NCBI GenBank assembly: GCA_945907425.1
Contig: CAMDTE010000002.1
Location: forward strand, 8,196-72,195
Direction of reading: 5' to 3'
Length of the DNA: 64,000 nucleotides
Source: Owenweeksia hongkongensis DSM 17368
Lineage (GTDB): Bacteria; Bacteroidota; Bacteroidia; Flavobacteriales; Schleiferiaceae
The position numbers and the translations under genes were made by a program. This document shows positions 52,239 to 61,550 of the stretch, piece after piece (the stretch's first letter is position 1; each line of letters begins with the position of its first letter). The notes below the pieces were generated by a model. The model ran no database searches. It worked only from the letters and a program-made list of their open reading frames with translations, and was not told where the DNA came from.

Positions 52239-53675
52239 ATGAAATGGCCCGAATTATCTTTGCGTGGCCGGGTTTTCCTGGCCATGCTTGTTTTGGTGCT
52301 GGTGAGCTTTGGGGCCACCGGAGTGATGAGTATTTTGCACTTCAAAGAGGAGGCGGAGAAGTATCATACAGAACGGCTTTTGCGCAAGGAAGGGGCTATC
52401 GAAGCACATATTTCTCACGAATTGGAACGAAGATTTCCCGGTGGGGAAATTGCCGCCGATTCCGTTTCACGCGCCCTGAATGACGAAGTATGTCATATTG
52501 CCACCATTCACAATATGGAATTGGGGCTGTATAGCCTTACCGGTGAAATGATGGTGAATTCTAATCTGCGGTGGGTAGAGGAAGGCATTTTGCCCGCCCG
52601 ATTGACAGCCGAAATGCTCAAGCAACGTTTTTCCAATCAGTGGTCTACTTGGGCCACTGACTCGGGAAACGTCATGTTGCAAATAGCGCAAATAGAGAAT
52701 TCTACAGGAGAGCCGATGGCAATTTTGGCCCTTCCTTATGTCAGTAAAAACAGCATGCCCCTGGAGGACATTCGGTTTTACAAGGCCCTCCTTCTCCTTC
52801 ACATTGCTTTATTTTTTGGCGCGACCTATCTGTCTTATGTGCTGTCTAGCACGATCACCAAAGGGTTTGAGGCCATATCGGAGGCCCTTCGCACAGCGAA
52901 CAAGCAGGGAACTCGCCCGCGCATCCACTGGGAAAGACAAGACGAAATTGGACAATTGATTGCGGAATACAATCGAATGACGGATCTGTTGGACGAGCAG
53001 GCAAGGAAACAGGCCCAATGGGAGCGGGAGCAGGCATGGAGGGAAATGGCCCGACAAGTGGCACACGAGGTAAAAAACCCTTTGACTCCTATGCGTTTGA
53101 TGGTTCAAATGATGGCCTCGCAGCCGGACAAGCAAAGCCCGGAGTCAATCAAGGAATTTTCTGAAGCGATGCTCACCCAAATGGATGCTATGTCTCAGGT
53201 GGCGAGTGACTTTAGTCAATTTGCCACTTTTGGAGCGCACCACCTGCAAACCTGTTTATTGGTACCACTGCTAGAAAGAGCGCGTCATGCTTTTCCAGAA
53301 GTCACCCGATTATATGCTCTGGATAGTCCTTGGCAGGTCAGGGTGGACGAATTGCAATTCCTTCGGGTGCTAAACAATTTGTTGAACAATGCGTTTGAGT
53401 CTTTGAAGCCGAACCAAAAGGCATCCATTGCTTTGGGCGCACGCAGAGCGCTAGGAGGCGTAGAGGTTTGGGTCAAAGACAACGGCTGTGGCATTTCACA
53501 GGAGCGAATGAAAGAGGTCTTTGAGCCGCACTTCACCACCAAGAACAGCGGCACAGGCTTGGGGTTGGCCATCACAAAAGGACTAATAGAAGGATTTAGC
53601 GGCCGAATTTGGATGGAATCTACAGAAAAGGTGGGAACCACGGTGACGATTTGGATTCCCGAAATGATCGCGTAG
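52239..53675 (+). CDS. sensor histidine kinase (membrane-anchored, no adjacent response regulator)
   Basis: 478 aa from MKWPELSLRGRVFLAMLVLVLVSFGATGVM. H-box AHEVKNPLTPM, N-box LNNLLNNAFES, G-boxes DNGCGI and GTGLGLAI. Confidence 0.85.
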   Translation: MKWPELSLRGRVFLAMLVLVLVSFGATGVMSILHFKEEAEKYHTERLLRKEGAIEAHISHELERRFPGGEIAADSVSRALNDEVCHIATIHNMELGLYSLTGEMMVNSNLRWVEEGILPARLTAEMLKQRFSNQWSTWATDSGNVMLQIAQIENSTGEPMAILALPYVSKNSMPLEDIRFYKALLLLHIALFFGATYLSYVLSSTITKGFEAISEALRTANKQGTRPRIHWERQDEIGQLIAEYNRMTDLLDEQARKQAQWEREQAWREMARQVAHEVKNPLTPMRLMVQMMASQPDKQSPESIKEFSEAMLTQMDAMSQVASDFSQFATFGAHHLQTCLLVPLLERARHAFPEVTRLYALDSPWQVRVDELQFLRVLNNLLNNAFESLKPNQKASIALGARRALGGVEVWVKDNGCGISQERMKEVFEPHFTTKNSGTGLGLAITKGLIEGFSGRIWMESTEKVGTTVTIWIPEMIA

Positions 53676-53679
53676 GAAG

Positions 53680-53687
53680 TACCTTTG
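53680..53687 (+). promoter_or_regulatory. -7 box TAccTTTG, 22 nt upstream of ATG 53710
   Basis: Exact consensus, G-TACCTTTG, just after the kinase stop. Confidence 0.45.
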
Positions 53688-53709
53688 GGTAAATCACAAC
53701 CGAAGAATC

Positions 53710-54477
53710 ATGGGGCTTATTCAATTAGAAATCAAAGGGCCTGTTGCCATTTTAACTGTCGATCGGCCGCAAGCATTGAACGCGCTGAATAAAGAGGTAA
53801 TTCTATCGCTGCATTCGGCCGTTGAAAAGCTGGACAAAGATCCCGCTGTGCGCGCTGTTATCCTCACAGGAGCAGGAGAAAAGGCATTCGTAGCCGGGGC
53901 AGATATTGCAGAGTTTGCGGGGTACTCTCCAACAGAAGGGCAAACAATGTCCGAAGAGGGGCAGCGACTGTTGTTTGATCGGATAGAAACAGCAAGTAAG
54001 CCGTTTATTGCGGCTATTAACGGGTTCGCTTTGGGCGGAGGGCTGGAGCTGGCCATGTGTTGCCATATACGCATCGCTTCTGAAAACGCACGGATGGGGT
54101 TGCCCGAAGTAAGCTTAGGGGTCATTCCAGGATACGGAGGTACGCAGCGATTGCCTCGGTTGATCGGCCTAGGTAGAGCCATACAAGTGATGACAACAGC
54201 CAAAATGATATCTGCACAGCAAGCTGAAGCGTGGGGATTGGTGAATGCAGTCGTTGCTTCGGAAGCCTTGATGGAGACGACTCAAGCATTAGCACAACAA
54301 ATAGCCAACAATTCCCCCAACGCGATTGCACACGTTTTGCGAGCAACCTTGGCAGGGATACAAGATTCATCGTCAGGTTTTCACGCTGAACAAGTCGCCT
54401 TTGGGGCCTGCTTTCAATCGAAAGAAATGGTGGAAGGGACAACCGCTTTTTTTGAAAAACGCAAACCGACGTTCTAA
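53710..54477 (+). CDS. enoyl-CoA hydratase (short-chain crotonase)
   Basis: 255 aa. FVAGADIAEF, AAINGFALGGGLELAMCCH and EGTTAFFEKRKP. Confidence 0.9.
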   Translation: MGLIQLEIKGPVAILTVDRPQALNALNKEVILSLHSAVEKLDKDPAVRAVILTGAGEKAFVAGADIAEFAGYSPTEGQTMSEEGQRLLFDRIETASKPFIAAINGFALGGGLELAMCCHIRIASENARMGLPEVSLGVIPGYGGTQRLPRLIGLGRAIQVMTTAKMISAQQAEAWGLVNAVVASEALMETTQALAQQIANNSPNAIAHVLRATLAGIQDSSSGFHAEQVAFGACFQSKEMVEGTTAFFEKRKPTF

Positions 54478-54565
54478 AGAGCGGTTCATCCTAGAATATT
54501 CTTACATTGCTGTCGCTTGACGGAAGGGCATCACCTCTCTTTCTTCAGGAGTAAACTCAGAAACA

Positions 54566-55255
54566 ATGGAAAATCATTTTTTGATTCCGTTTGGCTCCGC
54601 ATGGTGGTGGGCCGGATGGTTGATTTTAGCAGTCTATTTTGCGGTGGTCTTTTTTATTGGCCGATCGCTCAATGAAAAGGCGCGCCTTTCGTTTGAAAAA
54701 ACCTGGGGACTCCTCATTGCCGGAGCACTGCTGTATACGCAGGCCTACCAACTTTTGAACGGAAGCTGGTCTGTCTCGGAAAGCTTACCCAGCCATCTGT
54801 GTGGGTTCAGCGGATTGTTGTCCATCGCATTGCTTTACTTTCGAAAAAAGTGGGCCTTTGTCCCGCTCTTCTTTTGGGGAATTATAGGTGGATTTCATTC
54901 CTTGATGACGCCAGAAAGCACCTTGGGGGGAGGGTCGTTTTTTTTGATGGAATATTATTTTAGCCATGCGAGCATCATGGTGGTTCCTGTTTACCATGTC
55001 TTTGTCAACGGAATACGGATTCCTCGCAACGGATGGCTGACGGCATTTTTACTCAATAACGCTTTACTTCCCATCGTTTTTACCCTCAACCATTTTACCG
55101 GGGGCAATTACATGTACCTCACCGAAAGACCCCTTGTTGACAATCCCTTTGTTGTTGGAGAGTGGCCGTGGTACATCGTAGGGTTTGAATTGGCCGGAAT
55201 TTTACATTACGGCATCCTGCAGTTGCTTTTTTGGAAAAAATTGGAAACGAAATAA
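54566..55255 (+). CDS. YwaF/TIGR02206-like (TMEM164-like) integral membrane protein, tandem copy 1
   Basis: 229 aa, multi-TM. Conserved LPSHLCGFS, KKWAFVPLFFWGIIGGFHSLMTPE, GNYMYL and GEWPWY. The family name is from memory. Confidence 0.6.
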   Translation: MENHFLIPFGSAWWWAGWLILAVYFAVVFFIGRSLNEKARLSFEKTWGLLIAGALLYTQAYQLLNGSWSVSESLPSHLCGFSGLLSIALLYFRKKWAFVPLFFWGIIGGFHSLMTPESTLGGGSFFLMEYYFSHASIMVVPVYHVFVNGIRIPRNGWLTAFLLNNALLPIVFTLNHFTGGNYMYLTERPLVDNPFVVGEWPWYIVGFELAGILHYGILQLLFWKKLETK

Positions 55256-55264
55256 AAACGCAGT

Positions 55265-55960
55265 ATGGATCATCATGTTGCCTTGGCCGCCGGATCGATG
55301 TGGTGGTATGTAGGGTGGATCATCTTGGCACTTTACATGGCCATCACGATAACCATTGGAAGGCGCCTTTCCCCAGGTCAACGGGTCCGTTTTGAAAAAG
55401 GGTGGGGAATATTCATTCTTGGGTCGTATGTCGTCATTCAGTTCTTGTTGGTGTACCATGACGCCTATACACTGAAAAACAGTTTGCCGATTCATCTGTG
55501 TTCGTTCAGTCGCATCTTGAGTTTTATTCTCCTGACGCTCCGAAAAAAATGGGCGTTCTACCCCTTGTTCTTCTGGGGGCTTATGGGAGGGCTTCATGCG
55601 TTACTGACGCCGGAAAGCACATTCGGCGACGGCACTTTTTATTTATTGGAGTATTTCCTGGGCCACGCGGGCATCATGGTGGTCCCCGTGTACATGCTGT
55701 TTGTACATGACTACAAGATCAAGAAATACGGATGGTTTAGCGCGTGGATTCTATTGAACAGCCTTTTGCCGTTGATTTTTCTCATCTCTGTATGGACTGA
55801 GGGGAACTATATGTTTTTGCGCGAACGGCCCCTTGTAAACAATCCCTTTATCATCGGCGAATGGCCATGGTATTTGATAGGGTTTGAAACCATTGGCCTA
55901 CTCCATTTCTTGCTGTTTACCCTTTTGTTCTACAACAAAATGGAAAAGACACATCGATGA
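55265..55960 (+). CDS. YwaF/TIGR02206-like integral membrane protein, tandem copy 2
   Basis: 231 aa, colinear with copy 1 (LPIHLCSFS, KKWAFYPLFFWGLMGGLHALLTPE, GNYMFL, GEWPWY). Confidence 0.6.
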   Translation: MDHHVALAAGSMWWYVGWIILALYMAITITIGRRLSPGQRVRFEKGWGIFILGSYVVIQFLLVYHDAYTLKNSLPIHLCSFSRILSFILLTLRKKWAFYPLFFWGLMGGLHALLTPESTFGDGTFYLLEYFLGHAGIMVVPVYMLFVHDYKIKKYGWFSAWILLNSLLPLIFLISVWTEGNYMFLRERPLVNNPFIIGEWPWYLIGFETIGLLHFLLFTLLFYNKMEKTHR

Positions 55961-56646
55961 ATGATTTAGCCACATATCTCGACTTGGGGTGGCCCATCTT
56001 TGGGGTTCTCACCCTTTTGTTTTGGGTGGTTATTCCGCAATGGGTAAAGTACAACACCCGTTTTTTTGAACAACTCCTCGGATGGGTCATTGCCATAAAT
56101 TATTTAGCGTACCACGTGATGGCTTTTTGGAGTGGAGAATGGTCCATAGCCCAATCATTGCCCTTTCATATGTGCAACATGACGCAAATATTACTGTTTT
56201 TGCATTTGGTTTTTCGGGCGCAGTGGGCGTTTCCCATCACAGCCTTTTGGGGACCGCTCGGCGGAATCCAGGCCCTCATTACCCCAGGACTGGACATATC
56301 CTCTTCTTGGTACCAATGCACGCAGTTCTTTGTCTCCCACTCCATGGTGGTATTGGTGCCTTTGTTTTTGATTCTCTTCAGCGGAAGAAAAATACCCAAG
56401 AATTTTACCTGGAAAATCTTTGGCCTAACCAACGCGGTGGCCTTTGTTCTGTATTTTGTCAATCTACTCACGGGCGGAAATTACATGTACGTCAATCAAC
56501 CACCACCCGTAAACCACCCCCTCGTTCAAGGTATTTGGCCATACTATTTGTTGGTGTTTGAGATCGCTTTTTTGCTTTTAGCGGCCGGCTATTCGTGGTT
56601 GCTAAGAAAACACACCCTGGAGATTTCATCGGAGGAGAAAAGCTGA
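55957..56646 (+). CDS. YwaF/TIGR02206-like integral membrane protein, tandem copy 3 (more divergent)
   Basis: 229 aa. LPFHMCNMT, AQWAFPITAFWGPLGGIQALITP, GNYMYV and GIWPYY. ATGA overlap with copy 2 (55957-55960). Confidence 0.6.
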   Translation: MNDLATYLDLGWPIFGVLTLLFWVVIPQWVKYNTRFFEQLLGWVIAINYLAYHVMAFWSGEWSIAQSLPFHMCNMTQILLFLHLVFRAQWAFPITAFWGPLGGIQALITPGLDISSSWYQCTQFFVSHSMVVLVPLFLILFSGRKIPKNFTWKIFGLTNAVAFVLYFVNLLTGGNYMYVNQPPPVNHPLVQGIWPYYLLVFEIAFLLLAAGYSWLLRKHTLEISSEEKS

Positions 56647-56678
56647 TTTTCATCATTTATTGACTTGGCTGAAGAGAG

Positions 56679-56686
56679 TACTTTTC
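56679..56686 (+). promoter_or_regulatory. near-consensus -7 box TActTTTC, 4 nt upstream of ATG 56691
   Basis: The plus strand reads G-TACTTTTC-ggac-ATG. One mismatch. Confidence 0.35.
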
Positions 56687-56690
56687 GGAC

Positions 56691-57494
56691 ATGTATACAG
56701 TGTATTGTCCCACAGACTTTTCCGCCGGCGCCAAAAGCGCAGCGGATTTCGCAGTACTCTTGGCTAAAGCTTGGAGCGCTCCCTTGATTTTGATCCACGC
56801 CTACGAGGCCCCCATGGCGGACGAAATGGGCATTAGCCGGTTTCTTGCGGACATTAGGCAACTTTCTATGGACTCCCTCAAAGCAGAAGCGGAGCGACTA
56901 GAAGGACATTTTGTTCAAGTGCGATTTGACGCCGTGTACGGAACGATAGATTCTGTTTTAGCCAGCTTAACGGAGGAAAACAGTGCACATTCGATTGTGG
57001 TGATGGCTACCCAAGGAGCGAACGATTCGGTGGAAGCTTTTTTTGGCACCAATGCCGTATCCGTCATGCAGAGATTGTCTTGCCCCGTTTGGGTAATTCC
57101 CCCTCACGCAAGGATAGAAAAACCACGCAAAATAGTGGTCGCCGTGGACGCAGAATTGAAGCCTACGGATGCAGCCTTTTCCACGCTCGTAGTGGCAGGA
57201 AAAAGACTGGGCGCGCGCATTGAAGCCTTGCACGTGCATATTTCAGAGGAGGAAGTGCGCCCTTCTTGGGCAGAAAAAGAACAACGAATTCGAGCTCACG
57301 GCATACCAGTAGAGGTGATGCGTAATTCAACGGTAGAAGAAGGGTTGATGCGGTGGACAGCAGAGGAGCCCCATGTTGCCGTTGCAGTCATTGTGCGAAA
57401 GCGTCATTGGCTTTGGGATCTGAGACACCACAGCGTAAGTGCAGGAGTGGCCTATCATTTGAATCAACCGTTGTTGGTATTGCACGAAGATTGA
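56691..57494 (+). CDS. universal stress protein (tandem UspA domains)
   Basis: 267 aa, two Usp-like halves (MYTVYCPTDFSAGAKSAADFAVLLA...; KIVVAVDAELKPTD...). Confidence 0.7.
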   Translation: MYTVYCPTDFSAGAKSAADFAVLLAKAWSAPLILIHAYEAPMADEMGISRFLADIRQLSMDSLKAEAERLEGHFVQVRFDAVYGTIDSVLASLTEENSAHSIVVMATQGANDSVEAFFGTNAVSVMQRLSCPVWVIPPHARIEKPRKIVVAVDAELKPTDAAFSTLVVAGKRLGARIEALHVHISEEEVRPSWAEKEQRIRAHGIPVEVMRNSTVEEGLMRWTAEEPHVAVAVIVRKRHWLWDLRHHSVSAGVAYHLNQPLLVLHED

Positions 57495-57543
57495 GTTCCA
57501 CTACCGCACCGTAGAAGAAACATTCCTATCTTTCCTTGCGGTC

Positions 57544-58230
57544 ATGAAAAAGGAAAGAGAACATCCGTGGGTTGTGGTGGTTCAAGAGATGTTGAGCCCC
57601 CTGGCGCATCCACCCTCTGCGGCGGCCATGTCTGCTTACATGAAAGATCAGTTTCCCTTTTTGGGAATCAAAAAGCCGCACCGGCTGAAGGCACTGCATG
57701 GGCTGTTGTCCAAAGAAGGACGACCCGACCCAGAGGATACGGCGCTGATTTGCCAACAGCTTTGGGCTCTTCCAGAAAGGGAATACGCCATGGTGGGGAT
57801 TGAATTGCTTCGCGTACAACGCCGATTCTTGTCATTGGAAGATTGGCCGTGGCTATTGTCGCTCGTTCACCAACGGACTTGGTGGGACACCGTGGACTTT
57901 TTGGCTACAGACCCCATGGGACGAACCCTATTAATAGAACCGCATCAATTGGAAAAATGGGGAGACCCCTTAGTGTACAGCTCGAATCCCTGGGATAACC
58001 GCGTGGCCATGCTGCTTCAACTGCACTGGAAGGACAAAACAAACGAAGCGTTTCTGGAAAAAGCCTTAGCGCATCACGCAAAATCGCCTTGGTTTTTCCA
58101 TAAAAAGGCCATTGGATGGGCTCTTCGGCAGTACGGCCGAACCAACCCAGAGTGGGTTAGGGCCTTTGTGGATAAATACAAAAACACCCTCAGCGGATTG
58201 AGTATTCGAGAAGCAACGAGAAAATTGTAA
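57544..58230 (+). CDS. DNA alkylation repair protein (AlkD-like HEAT-repeat family)
   Basis: 228 aa. MSAYMKDQFPFLGIKKPHR, TWWDTVDFLA and FFHKKAIGWALRQYGRTNPEWV resemble the DNA_alkylation family. Confidence 0.7.
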   Translation: MKKEREHPWVVVVQEMLSPLAHPPSAAAMSAYMKDQFPFLGIKKPHRLKALHGLLSKEGRPDPEDTALICQQLWALPEREYAMVGIELLRVQRRFLSLEDWPWLLSLVHQRTWWDTVDFLATDPMGRTLLIEPHQLEKWGDPLVYSSNPWDNRVAMLLQLHWKDKTNEAFLEKALAHHAKSPWFFHKKAIGWALRQYGRTNPEWVRAFVDKYKNTLSGLSIREATRKL

Positions 58231-58270
58231 CAATTATTTTTATTTTTTTGCGCTAAACCTTGCATTTTAT

Positions 58271-58278
58271 TACATTTG
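58271..58278 (+). promoter_or_regulatory. -7 box TAcaTTTG (with TTTG at 58247-58250 as a candidate -33), 24 nt upstream of ATG 58303
   Basis: Exact TAnnTTTG. An upstream TTTG lies 20 nt away, matching the reported Bacteroidetes -33/-7 spacing. Confidence 0.5.
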
Positions 58279-58302
58279 AGTTTCACAAAAATCACATAAC
58301 AC

Positions 58303-60060
58303 ATGAAAAAAACTCTACTAGCCGTATTTTTAATAGCCTCCGTAGCTAGTTCTGCACAGGTTATTTTGAATATTATGCATCCGCTTTCCATGGCGGGCCC
58401 CATTGCTCATACAAATCAAGGCAACACCACAGGATGGGGATTGGCCGATTTGATGGATCCAGCCGACGCCGTGATGGACACGGTCGTTGCCATGGACGAT
58501 GGAACGCCTGGGGTCAACACGCTGACAGGCGCTGGGTATCCTGGCATTGAAAAGAAAAGAGAGGGCTGCAACACAGACACGCTTGCCTCTACTCCTGCCT
58601 GTAATTTTTTACGTGGTAAAATCGTATTGATCGCTCGCGGTACCTGCGAATTTGGACTCAAATGCTTCTTGGCACAACAAGCCGGAGCGGTTGGTATCAT
58701 CGTGTACAATCGAGAGAATGCGCAATTGATCATGGGCCCAGGGGTTTATGGAGCGCAGGTATTTATTCCGGTTTCCGCCATTGCCCGCCCCGATGGTGAT
58801 GCCCTGCTTTCTGCCATTACAGGAGGTCAAACCATTGTAGCCTTTTTGGGCAACAAAACGGGGGCCTTCGTCAATGACGTGAGCATAAACAAAGCCGAGA
58901 TCATGTTCCCTCGCGCAGCAGCCGAGCCAAAAGAAATGGTATTGGACAGCTCTATGTACGAGGTTCCGCTAGGATTTTGGGCCCGCAACGATGGTTCAGC
59001 GAACCAAACTTCAGTCACAGCAAAAGCGGAAGTGAAATTGGGAGGTACTGTTTTGCACGCACCCACTTCTCCTTCGTTTGCTATGAACTCAGCGGACTCC
59101 ATCTATGTTTCTTTCCCTCCTTTTAAGCAGCCTACCTACGCTCCGGGTCGCTATAGCTTTACGTACAGCTTGCAGTTGACCGGTGAAAATTTCCCAGCAG
59201 ACAATGAATTCGCTTCGAATGTGGATGTGAACGACAGCATCTTCTCCTATGTCCGCGTGGCAGATTCTACGCTGACTCCTATTGACAACAATTCGTATCG
59301 ATTTGCAACGGCGCCCAACACGCTGGCCTCTTCTTGTATTGCTTTCCAGCATCCAGAAGTAGAGGATTTGGAATTGATTGGAATCCGCTTCTCAAACTAC
59401 ATTGCCTTGCCAGACTCGATTGCTGGTCGCTATGTTGACATCACGGTTGACGAGTGGAACGATGCGTTTGTGGATGTTTTGGATACCAATTTGGCAGTAT
59501 CCAGCACGGTAAATTTGATTTCGGAAACCTATACATACACCAGCCAAGCAGAAAATGACGCAGTGGTAACCCATATGTTTACCAATCCCGTGATGTTGGA
59601 CGACGATCAGCGTTATTTGATGTGTATCAACACGTCTGATGCGTTGATGTACTTTAATCACTCTACGGTGTATGGATACGAGCAAAACAACCGCACCGCA
59701 GGAACGCAACCTAAGTCCATCCACATACGTGACGGAGCTTTGGGCGACTGGGGGAATGCGATTCCCACCATCACGTTGATTACCAAATCCTATATTGGTG
59801 TGCGTGAATTTACCTTGGATAAGTCCATGGCTTTCCCGAATCCAGCTACGCATACAGTAAATATTCCCATGACCGTAGAGGGAAAAGCAGATGTGCGCGT
59901 GTACGACATGACGGGTAAAGTGGTGATTGATCGTTCAGCAGCCATTACTTATGGCCGTCTTACAGTAGATGTGTCTGCGCTTCCAGCGGGAAGTTATGTG
60001 TTCCATGTGAACGCGGCCAATGGCCACACGTCTCGTTTCAATGTGATTGTGAGCCGATAA
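58303..60060 (+). CDS. T9SS-secreted protein with protease-associated (PA) domain
   Basis: Signal peptide MKKTLLAVFLIASVASSAQV. PA-domain segment FLRGKIVLIARGTCEFGLKCFLAQQAGAVGIIVYN. C-terminal sorting domain MAFPNPATHTVNIPM...GSYVFHVNAANGHTSRFNVIVSR. Confidence 0.8.
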   Translation: MKKTLLAVFLIASVASSAQVILNIMHPLSMAGPIAHTNQGNTTGWGLADLMDPADAVMDTVVAMDDGTPGVNTLTGAGYPGIEKKREGCNTDTLASTPACNFLRGKIVLIARGTCEFGLKCFLAQQAGAVGIIVYNRENAQLIMGPGVYGAQVFIPVSAIARPDGDALLSAITGGQTIVAFLGNKTGAFVNDVSINKAEIMFPRAAAEPKEMVLDSSMYEVPLGFWARNDGSANQTSVTAKAEVKLGGTVLHAPTSPSFAMNSADSIYVSFPPFKQPTYAPGRYSFTYSLQLTGENFPADNEFASNVDVNDSIFSYVRVADSTLTPIDNNSYRFATAPNTLASSCIAFQHPEVEDLELIGIRFSNYIALPDSIAGRYVDITVDEWNDAFVDVLDTNLAVSSTVNLISETYTYTSQAENDAVVTHMFTNPVMLDDDQRYLMCINTSDALMYFNHSTVYGYEQNNRTAGTQPKSIHIRDGALGDWGNAIPTITLITKSYIGVREFTLDKSMAFPNPATHTVNIPMTVEGKADVRVYDMTGKVVIDRSAAITYGRLTVDVSALPAGSYVFHVNAANGHTSRFNVIVSR

Positions 60061-60080
60061 TTTTGACACGATTTTTTGAG

Positions 60081-60111
60081 AAGGGCTGCCTCGTAGAGGC
60101 AGCCCTTTTTC
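60081..60111 (+). terminator. rho-independent terminator
   Basis: Stem AGGGCTGCC/GGCAGCCCT (60082-90 / 60098-106), 7-nt loop, then a T-run. Confidence 0.85.
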
Positions 60112-60116
60112 GTTTG

Positions 60117-60124
60117 TAGATTTA
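60117..60124 (+). promoter_or_regulatory. near-consensus -7 box TAgaTTTA, 7 nt upstream of MBOAT ATG 60132
   Basis: The plus strand reads TTTG-TAGATTTA-ccaaaga-ATG. One mismatch. Confidence 0.3.
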
Positions 60125-60131
60125 CCAAAGA

Positions 60132-61550
60132 ATGGTATTCAGTAGCGCCTGGTTTTTGTTCGGTTTCTTGCCGGCCTTTTTAGTGATGTACCATGCGGTA
60201 CCTAGGCGCCAGCAGAATACCGTTTTGTTGGCGTTTAGCTTGCTTTTTTACGCGTGGGGGGCTCCTTTGTTCATCGGGATAGTGGTGGCCAGCTTATGGG
60301 CCAATTTTTACATCGTTCGGGCCATGGATGGGGCCGAGGCGTCCTCGTCCTTTCGCCAAAAAGCCATGTGGCTTTCCGTGGTGCTCAATCTGGGATTGTT
60401 GGGCGTATTCAAGTACGCCAACTTTGCTGTAGACAATCTCAACGAGTTGTTGGTATGGGGCGGATCCCTGCCGCTGGAGTGGACCCCTATTGCTTTGCCG
60501 GTAGGTATTTCCTTTTTTACTTTTCAATCGCTGAGCTATACCCTAGACGTCTACAATCGGCGGCAAGCAGCCCTAGATAAACCGACAGATTTTTTACTCT
60601 TTATTTTGATGTTTCCTCAGCTCATTGCAGGGCCCATTGTTCGGTATACGGAAGTCGCCGACGATTTAACCCATCCCGATCGTCGGGCAGAGAGCACGCG
60701 CAAGCCAGGCGTTTTTTGGGACGGATTTTTTCGATTTGCCTTAGGGCTAGGAAAGAAAGTTTTACTGGCGAATGGTTTGGCGGAACCCATTGAAGGATGG
60801 ATGTCTGATGGGTTTGGCTCACTTTCCCAAGCCGAAGCATGGGCCGTCGTTTTGGGATATACATTTCAGATTTATTTTGATTTCAGTGGGTATTCCGACA
60901 TGGCCATAGGATTGGGGAAAATGATGGGGTATCATTTCCCGGAAAATTTTGACCACCCATACACCAGCCTAAGCATCACGGAATTTTGGCGCCGATGGCA
61001 CATGACCTTGGGCCGGTTTATGCGTGAATATGTGTATGTACCCTTGGGGGGCAATCGTTTGGGGGTCGGCCGAATGTATCTGAATCTTTGGCTCGTTTTC
61101 CTCATCAGCGGTCTATGGCACGGGGCGGCCTGGAATTTTGTCTTTTGGGGCGCATGGCACGGATTGTTCATTGTTATAGAACGATTGTTTTTGGGCCGAT
61201 GGCTCGCCCGCTGGGGCCGCGGAGCGAGTATGTATACGTTTGCCATCGTGGCCTTCGGTTGGATTCCTTTTCAAATGCCCGATGCCGTGAGCGCAGGAAA
61301 ACTTTTCAACGCTTTGTGGCAACCCACCGATGCGCATAGCTCTATTTCTTTTGGCTTTATAGCGGTACTGAGCATTTCCGCTCTCTTGTCGTACGCTCGC
61401 TTTTGGCCTGGGGGTGAACAGTTGGCGCAGAGACTCTTTTCTCGGACCGACCGAATGGCGTTGCGCCCCCTGTGGCTGATAGTATTCTTGATCAGCGCGG
61501 CATATATCGTGGCCGGTGGATTCAACCCCTTCATTTATTTTCGGTTCTGA
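60132..61550 (+). CDS. MBOAT-family membrane O-acyltransferase (AlgI/DltB-like)
   Basis: 472 aa, multi-TM. FWRRWHMTL and conserved His region SGLWHGAAWNF. Confidence 0.85.
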   Translation: MVFSSAWFLFGFLPAFLVMYHAVPRRQQNTVLLAFSLLFYAWGAPLFIGIVVASLWANFYIVRAMDGAEASSSFRQKAMWLSVVLNLGLLGVFKYANFAVDNLNELLVWGGSLPLEWTPIALPVGISFFTFQSLSYTLDVYNRRQAALDKPTDFLLFILMFPQLIAGPIVRYTEVADDLTHPDRRAESTRKPGVFWDGFFRFALGLGKKVLLANGLAEPIEGWMSDGFGSLSQAEAWAVVLGYTFQIYFDFSGYSDMAIGLGKMMGYHFPENFDHPYTSLSITEFWRRWHMTLGRFMREYVYVPLGGNRLGVGRMYLNLWLVFLISGLWHGAAWNFVFWGAWHGLFIVIERLFLGRWLARWGRGASMYTFAIVAFGWIPFQMPDAVSAGKLFNALWQPTDAHSSISFGFIAVLSISALLSYARFWPGGEQLAQRLFSRTDRMALRPLWLIVFLISAAYIVAGGFNPFIYFRF

